A DNA stretch of 64,000 nucleotides, taken from positions 62,001-126,000 of IMG/VR virus record IMGVR_UViG_3300020178_000825; one strand, 5' to 3'. Of the stretch, positions 60,437 to 64,000 are shown piece by piece. Origin of the DNA: an uncultured virus (IMG/VR IMGVR_UViG_3300020178_000825). Taxonomy: Duplodnaviria > Heunggongvirae > Uroviricota > Caudoviricetes. Every line of letters starts with the position of its first letter. Within the stretch, counting starts at the first letter, position 1. The notes below the pieces were generated by a model, which saw nothing but the letters and a program-made list of their open reading frames with translations, did not search any database and was not told the DNA's origin. The translations under genes were made by a program, and so were the position numbers.

Positions 60437-60850
60437 TTATCTTTTTAATAAATCCGATGGATTTGGTAAATTAATATCAGGTATTTTTACTTCAGGTACC
60501 TTTGGCAGTTCTATATTAGGTATTTTTGGAATATTTGGTACTTTAGGTACTACTGGTATTGGTGGTAGATTAGGTGGAGTTGGTAACTTTGGTAATCCTT
60601 TTTTAAGTTTAGGATTTTCTTCTACTTTCTTTTTTCTAAACTTTGGAATAGGTGGAAGTTTAGGCAATCTAACCTTTGGTAACGCCGGTAATTCTGGCTT
60701 AGGTGGAACTTTTGGTAATGCAGGTGGAGTTGGTAGTTCTGTAGTTATGCTACTTATCGTATCTTTAGGATTATTTGTAATATTAGATATATCAGCAACT
60801 TTTTTTATACTATCACTAGCACCACCCAATATGTTTTTATTTACTGCCAT
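60437..60850 (-). CDS. Pro/Lys-rich low-complexity protein
   Basis: (L/I/V)PK-type triplet repeats; in operon order with its neighbours. Confidence 0.55.
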   Translation of the reverse strand: MAVNKNILGGASDSIKKVADISNITNNPKDTISSITTELPTPPALPKVPPKPELPALPKVRLPKLPPIPKFRKKKVEENPKLKKGLPKLPTPPNLPPIPVVPKVPNIPKIPNIELPKVPEVKIPDINLPNPSDLLKR

Positions 60851-60851
60851 A

Positions 60852-62078
60852 TTACTTTAGTTGTACATTATTACTTAACATTGTTTGTAATTTAGATTTC
60901 AATGTTGTAAATTGTGCTATATTTGTTGGGCCAGGTGAGGTTGGGCCAGCTGGTGTTAAATATATTTGTTGTGTTATTAAATCTATCATTTCACCCAATA
61001 ACTCTACCAAAGTTTCACCCTTTGGTGCAGCTTCCAACTCACCATCAGTTCCTAACATAATAGTACCATTACCAATATCTAAATTTATATCTCTATCCTG
61101 TGTATCAACAAATATATGATTATCTGTTGTGATGTTTATACCATCGGTTGCATCAATTGAAAATTGACCATCAGTTATAAAACCAATATCTTTTTTTGCA
61201 GAAAAAATCATTTCGGCTGATTTAGCCGATATAATAACTCTATCTGAATTTAATAATATTTGATTTCCTTTTAGTTCTGATGGGTAATTAAAAAATGATG
61301 GATATTCATTTTCAGTTGGTAATGTATATTCCAATAATCGTTCACCGCTACCTAAAAATATAATATTACCATCATCATTAATACTTTCTTCAGTAGATGT
61401 TCCTATATCCTTTGTTAGGGATTCTCCATTTTCACCATTTCTAATTATAATGTTTGGTGAAAAAATATTATCAGGGTTATTATAACCACTAAATCTAATT
61501 GATTGACCAAATCTACTTTCAATTAAATAATCACCCTCATATAGTTTAAGTTTATGAATAGTACCATCTGGTTGGAAATATTGACCTAGCGAAGAAACAT
61601 CAATCGAATCAGATGAACTTTCCGTTCTTGATATTCCAGTTGATTGTACGTTACCATAATTAGATGCGGTGTTTGATTGAGCTGATTTTTCTTTTTTCTG
61701 AGATGCATTTATTTCATCTATACTTGTATTTACATTTGGTAATGCCGAACTGATGATTCGTTCATACAAATATCCACCAGCTGGTGAATTGGTAATAGCA
61801 ACTGTTTCATTTATAGTTGGTAGAGAAACACATGTTTTATCTTTCGGTAATGCTAAAGTTAATCCTTCATCTTTTTTATTTTGACTAGTTGAAGCTCTGA
61901 ACTGAATCGCTCCTATATATTTACCTTTTAGTGGTTCTTCTATTTCTAAATCAGAAAGAATATCATCATTAATATCCAATATAATCTTATATACAGTACC
62001 CATAGACATAGTATCTTTATGCCTTCTAATATTAACACTTTGATTGGATTGTACATTACGATTTCTATCCCCAAACAT
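60852..62078 (-). CDS. Baseplate hub / central spike-like protein (gp5-like)
   Basis: OB-fold-like LPTINETV; EGDYLIESRFGQSIRF; beta-helix-like C-terminus ending TPAGPTSPGP; upstream of gp25 and gp6. Confidence 0.6.
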   Translation of the reverse strand: MFGDRNRNVQSNQSVNIRRHKDTMSMGTVYKIILDINDDILSDLEIEEPLKGKYIGAIQFRASTSQNKKDEGLTLALPKDKTCVSLPTINETVAITNSPAGGYLYERIISSALPNVNTSIDEINASQKKEKSAQSNTASNYGNVQSTGISRTESSSDSIDVSSLGQYFQPDGTIHKLKLYEGDYLIESRFGQSIRFSGYNNPDNIFSPNIIIRNGENGESLTKDIGTSTEESINDDGNIIFLGSGERLLEYTLPTENEYPSFFNYPSELKGNQILLNSDRVIISAKSAEMIFSAKKDIGFITDGQFSIDATDGINITTDNHIFVDTQDRDINLDIGNGTIMLGTDGELEAAPKGETLVELLGEMIDLITQQIYLTPAGPTSPGPTNIAQFTTLKSKLQTMLSNNVQLK

Positions 62079-62473
62079 TACTTTTCTAATTTTTGTTTTA
62101 CTTCTTCTATTTCGTTTTGTAAATCATCTACCCTACTAACCTCATCTTGAACTTGTTCAATTTCTGAAAGTAATTGTTCTCTCTCTGCTTCCGTGAGGAA
62201 TCCAGTATCTCCTTCTGATTTTTGATTAGATGCTATAATTCTTTGTGCGATAGTTGCTAACTTAACCAATTGGTCATCGTTACGAACTGATGTATCAATT
62301 AAGTCTTTGATGACTGGACCTAAAATTCCCATATCACCATTATGCCTAATCATTTTTCTGATTTCAAAGATGACATCAGAAATATGTTTCTTTTTATTTA
62401 TTTGATTGTTATAGATATCCTCAAACAACCCACTAAGGTTTTTGCCTGGGAATAATTCGAAATCTGTTGACAT
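62078..62473 (-). CDS. Hypothetical helical protein
   Basis: 131 aa; late promoter at 62498-62505. Confidence 0.6.
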   Translation of the reverse strand: MSTDFELFPGKNLSGLFEDIYNNQINKKKHISDVIFEIRKMIRHNGDMGILGPVIKDLIDTSVRNDDQLVKLATIAQRIIASNQKSEGDTGFLTEAEREQLLSEIEQVQDEVSRVDDLQNEIEEVKQKLEK

Positions 62474-62528
62474 ACGTTTATCAATATTTGTTCAATATAT
62501 AAATATCAATAAACAAAAAAGTGTAGGA

Positions 62529-62672
62529 TTATCTACCCTGCCCTCTATATGCCTTTTTGTAATTTCTACTATTTTTAGATTTTGAAGTTTTACTCTTAGC
62601 GTGAACACCAGGTCTCTTCTTACTTTGAGAACGATATAACGAAATACCAAAACCTCCCTTTGCTTTTGCCAT
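62529..62672 (-). CDS. Small very basic protein (47 aa) ending KKAYRGQGR
   Basis: Below the ORF-track cutoff; MAKAKGGFGISLYRSQSKKRPGVHAKSKTSKSKNSRNYKKAYRGQGR; TACTTATT at 62691-62698. Confidence 0.75.
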   Translation of the reverse strand: MAKAKGGFGISLYRSQSKKRPGVHAKSKTSKSKNSRNYKKAYRGQGR

Positions 62673-62724
62673 AATTTATTATTATATACCAATAAGTATA
62701 TTATACTAAATCAAACAAAAACAA

Positions 62725-63255
62725 TTACTTATTCTTATAAAAATATTCCAATATATCTTTCTCCAACATATAATCCATTACGAAGTTATCCCCATACATA
62801 ATGCTGGTAAATGTTCCATTACCCTCTTCGGTAATTTCAATTACATAATCCACCTCATTATAGGTAACTTCATAACTTTCGGATTTTCTAATTCGTTTAA
62901 TACTTCTATGCTCATCAGTTCTTTCAATAACTTCCTTTCCACTTAAATCGGGAACATTAATCAGTTTGGTTACACACTTAGCATAATTCGTTTTAAGGGT
63001 GTCTACGAAGAAGATATCATTCATACTACTCATTAGATACAATCGTTGTTTAGAATCCAAGCCACCTGCCTTAAAATTACCTGTGAACTGAACGATGGGT
63101 AGTTTTAATAAAAAATTTTGTGTATCTTCTCTTAGGGTCTTAAAATCTACGATAGAACTGATATGATGTGGTTCTGATACTTCCCTATCAAATGGTATGG
63201 ATAATACATCATAGTAAGTTTCCACACTAACTTTATCTATGATTTGAGGACTCAT
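62725..63255 (-). CDS. Hypothetical protein
   Basis: 176-aa ORF in operon order. Confidence 0.55.
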   Translation of the reverse strand: MSPQIIDKVSVETYYDVLSIPFDREVSEPHHISSIVDFKTLREDTQNFLLKLPIVQFTGNFKAGGLDSKQRLYLMSSMNDIFFVDTLKTNYAKCVTKLINVPDLSGKEVIERTDEHRSIKRIRKSESYEVTYNEVDYVIEITEEGNGTFTSIMYGDNFVMDYMLEKDILEYFYKNK

Positions 63256-63257
63256 CT

Positions 63258-63851
63258 TTATTCTTTTTCAGTTGCATACTTTACACCCATAATCGTACCA
63301 ACGATTGAGAATGCGTTAGTTAGGAGAATACCAAACATATTACTCCAAGTAGAACCTATGATTTGTGTATCAGTACCAGAAATCAATGCTAACCCATACA
63401 TAGCAGTTGTGAGAACACCAACTCCTATAATCACATAAAGTGCTACTTTAACAATTGTACTGATTAACTCAAATTGTGTTTTCTTTTGCATTAGTTCCAA
63501 ATCTTCTAATGCTTTACCCATTCCTTTTTCGGCTTCTTGTCTTAATTGATTTGCTTCTTCTTCAGATTGTTTTGCAGATTCCAAAGCATCTTGAAGTTCT
63601 ATCATCAATTCATCGGTTTCCTTTTGTTTATCAACCAACTCTTTGTTTTGTTGTTGAACTTGCTTAGTTACTTGTAATCTTTTTCTACGAGCAGTAGAAT
63701 CTTTATCCTTACATATTTTAAGATATTCTTCAAACTCGGTATCCCCATCGGGTGCTTTTAAGAGTTTAAGAAAGTTTCCTTCAACATAAACTTTCCTTTT
63801 CTTAGCAACACCCAATAGGATATCTCTGGTATGTTTCGTAACCTCAATCAT
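63258..63851 (-). CDS. Coiled-coil protein with two C-terminal transmembrane segments
   Basis: Long heptad region followed by two hydrophobic stretches; directly downstream of a receiver-domain gene. Confidence 0.6.
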   Translation of the reverse strand: MIEVTKHTRDILLGVAKKRKVYVEGNFLKLLKAPDGDTEFEEYLKICKDKDSTARRKRLQVTKQVQQQNKELVDKQKETDELMIELQDALESAKQSEEEANQLRQEAEKGMGKALEDLELMQKKTQFELISTIVKVALYVIIGVGVLTTAMYGLALISGTDTQIIGSTWSNMFGILLTNAFSIVGTIMGVKYATEKE

Positions 63852-63859
63852 TGTAAAAC

Positions 63860-64000
63860 TTATTTATAAATTTTGAATGGAGCGGTTCGGTTTAGATATC
63901 CTTCATAATCTTTTCTGAATTCTTCTAATCGAGGTTCAATATCATCGGATTTAATAATCCAAAATTGTGCACCTGCTGATTTTGCTTTTTCAATTTCTTG
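63860..64000 (-). CDS. Response-regulator receiver domain, C-terminal part (5' end outside the window)
   Basis: QEIEKAKSAGAQFWIIKSDD matches REC alpha4-beta5 with the conserved Lys; TAA at 63860-63862. Confidence 0.6.
   Translation of the reverse strand, partial: QEIEKAKSAGAQFWIIKSDDIEPRLEEFRKDYEGYLNRTAPFKIYK

Noticed and set aside
60378..60860. 160-aa Gly-rich plus-strand ORF
   Set aside because: Antisense shadow of the Pro/Lys-rich gene (CCx codons read as GGx).
6201..62505. TATAAATA on the plus strand read as canonical T4 late promoters
   Set aside because: They would point away from or antisense to the genes; their position and the TACTTATA variants favour a minus-strand TAYTTATA element.
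62492..62692. 66-aa ORF in the supplied track
   Set aside because: Non-ATG start inside the promoter motif; the ATG-initiated 47-aa frame at 62529-62672 is the better gene.
1..64000. Stop-codon reassignment
   Set aside because: Core genes are full-length and tile densely in code 11; no gene looks interrupted by TAG or TGA.
1..64000. tRNA genes, diversity-generating retroelement, integrase or IS elements
   Set aside because: Intergenic gaps are short with no cloverleaf seen; no reverse transcriptase, recombinase or transposase motifs recognised. A tRNAscan/Infernal run would confirm.

Overview
A 64-kb, AT-rich, densely coding segment of a large T4-like (contractile-tail) phage genome, almost entirely on the minus strand, standard code 11. 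It holds the head module (terminase, portal, prohead protease, scaffold, major capsid), neck and tail-completion genes, baseplate and fibre genes, a primase and an Mre11-Rad50 (gp47-gp46) fusion. Three TTTG-N20-TATATTTG promoters and a DUF2452-like gene point to a Bacteroidota host. A recurrent WAYTTATW/TAYTTATA element looks like the phage late promoter. Most notable: (1) a cassette for NDP-heptose synthesis plus a TibC/AAH-type protein O-heptosyltransferase and a glycosyl/methyltransferase, beside virion proteins rich in [ST]-[GASQ]-S motifs, suggesting a phage-encoded virion heptosylation system; (2) modular head polyproteins punctuated by ES(V/I)NE and (I/L)xE protease-like sites, one carrying HxGH nucleotidyltransferase and KxDG ligase-like modules; (3) a probably non-splicing Hint domain in the 2802-aa tail protein; (4) phycobiliprotein-like CxRD repeats in a fibre protein; (5) a structured leader before the scaffold-capsid operon; (6) a partial response regulator at the right edge. 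All calls come from reading motifs by eye; no database searches were run.
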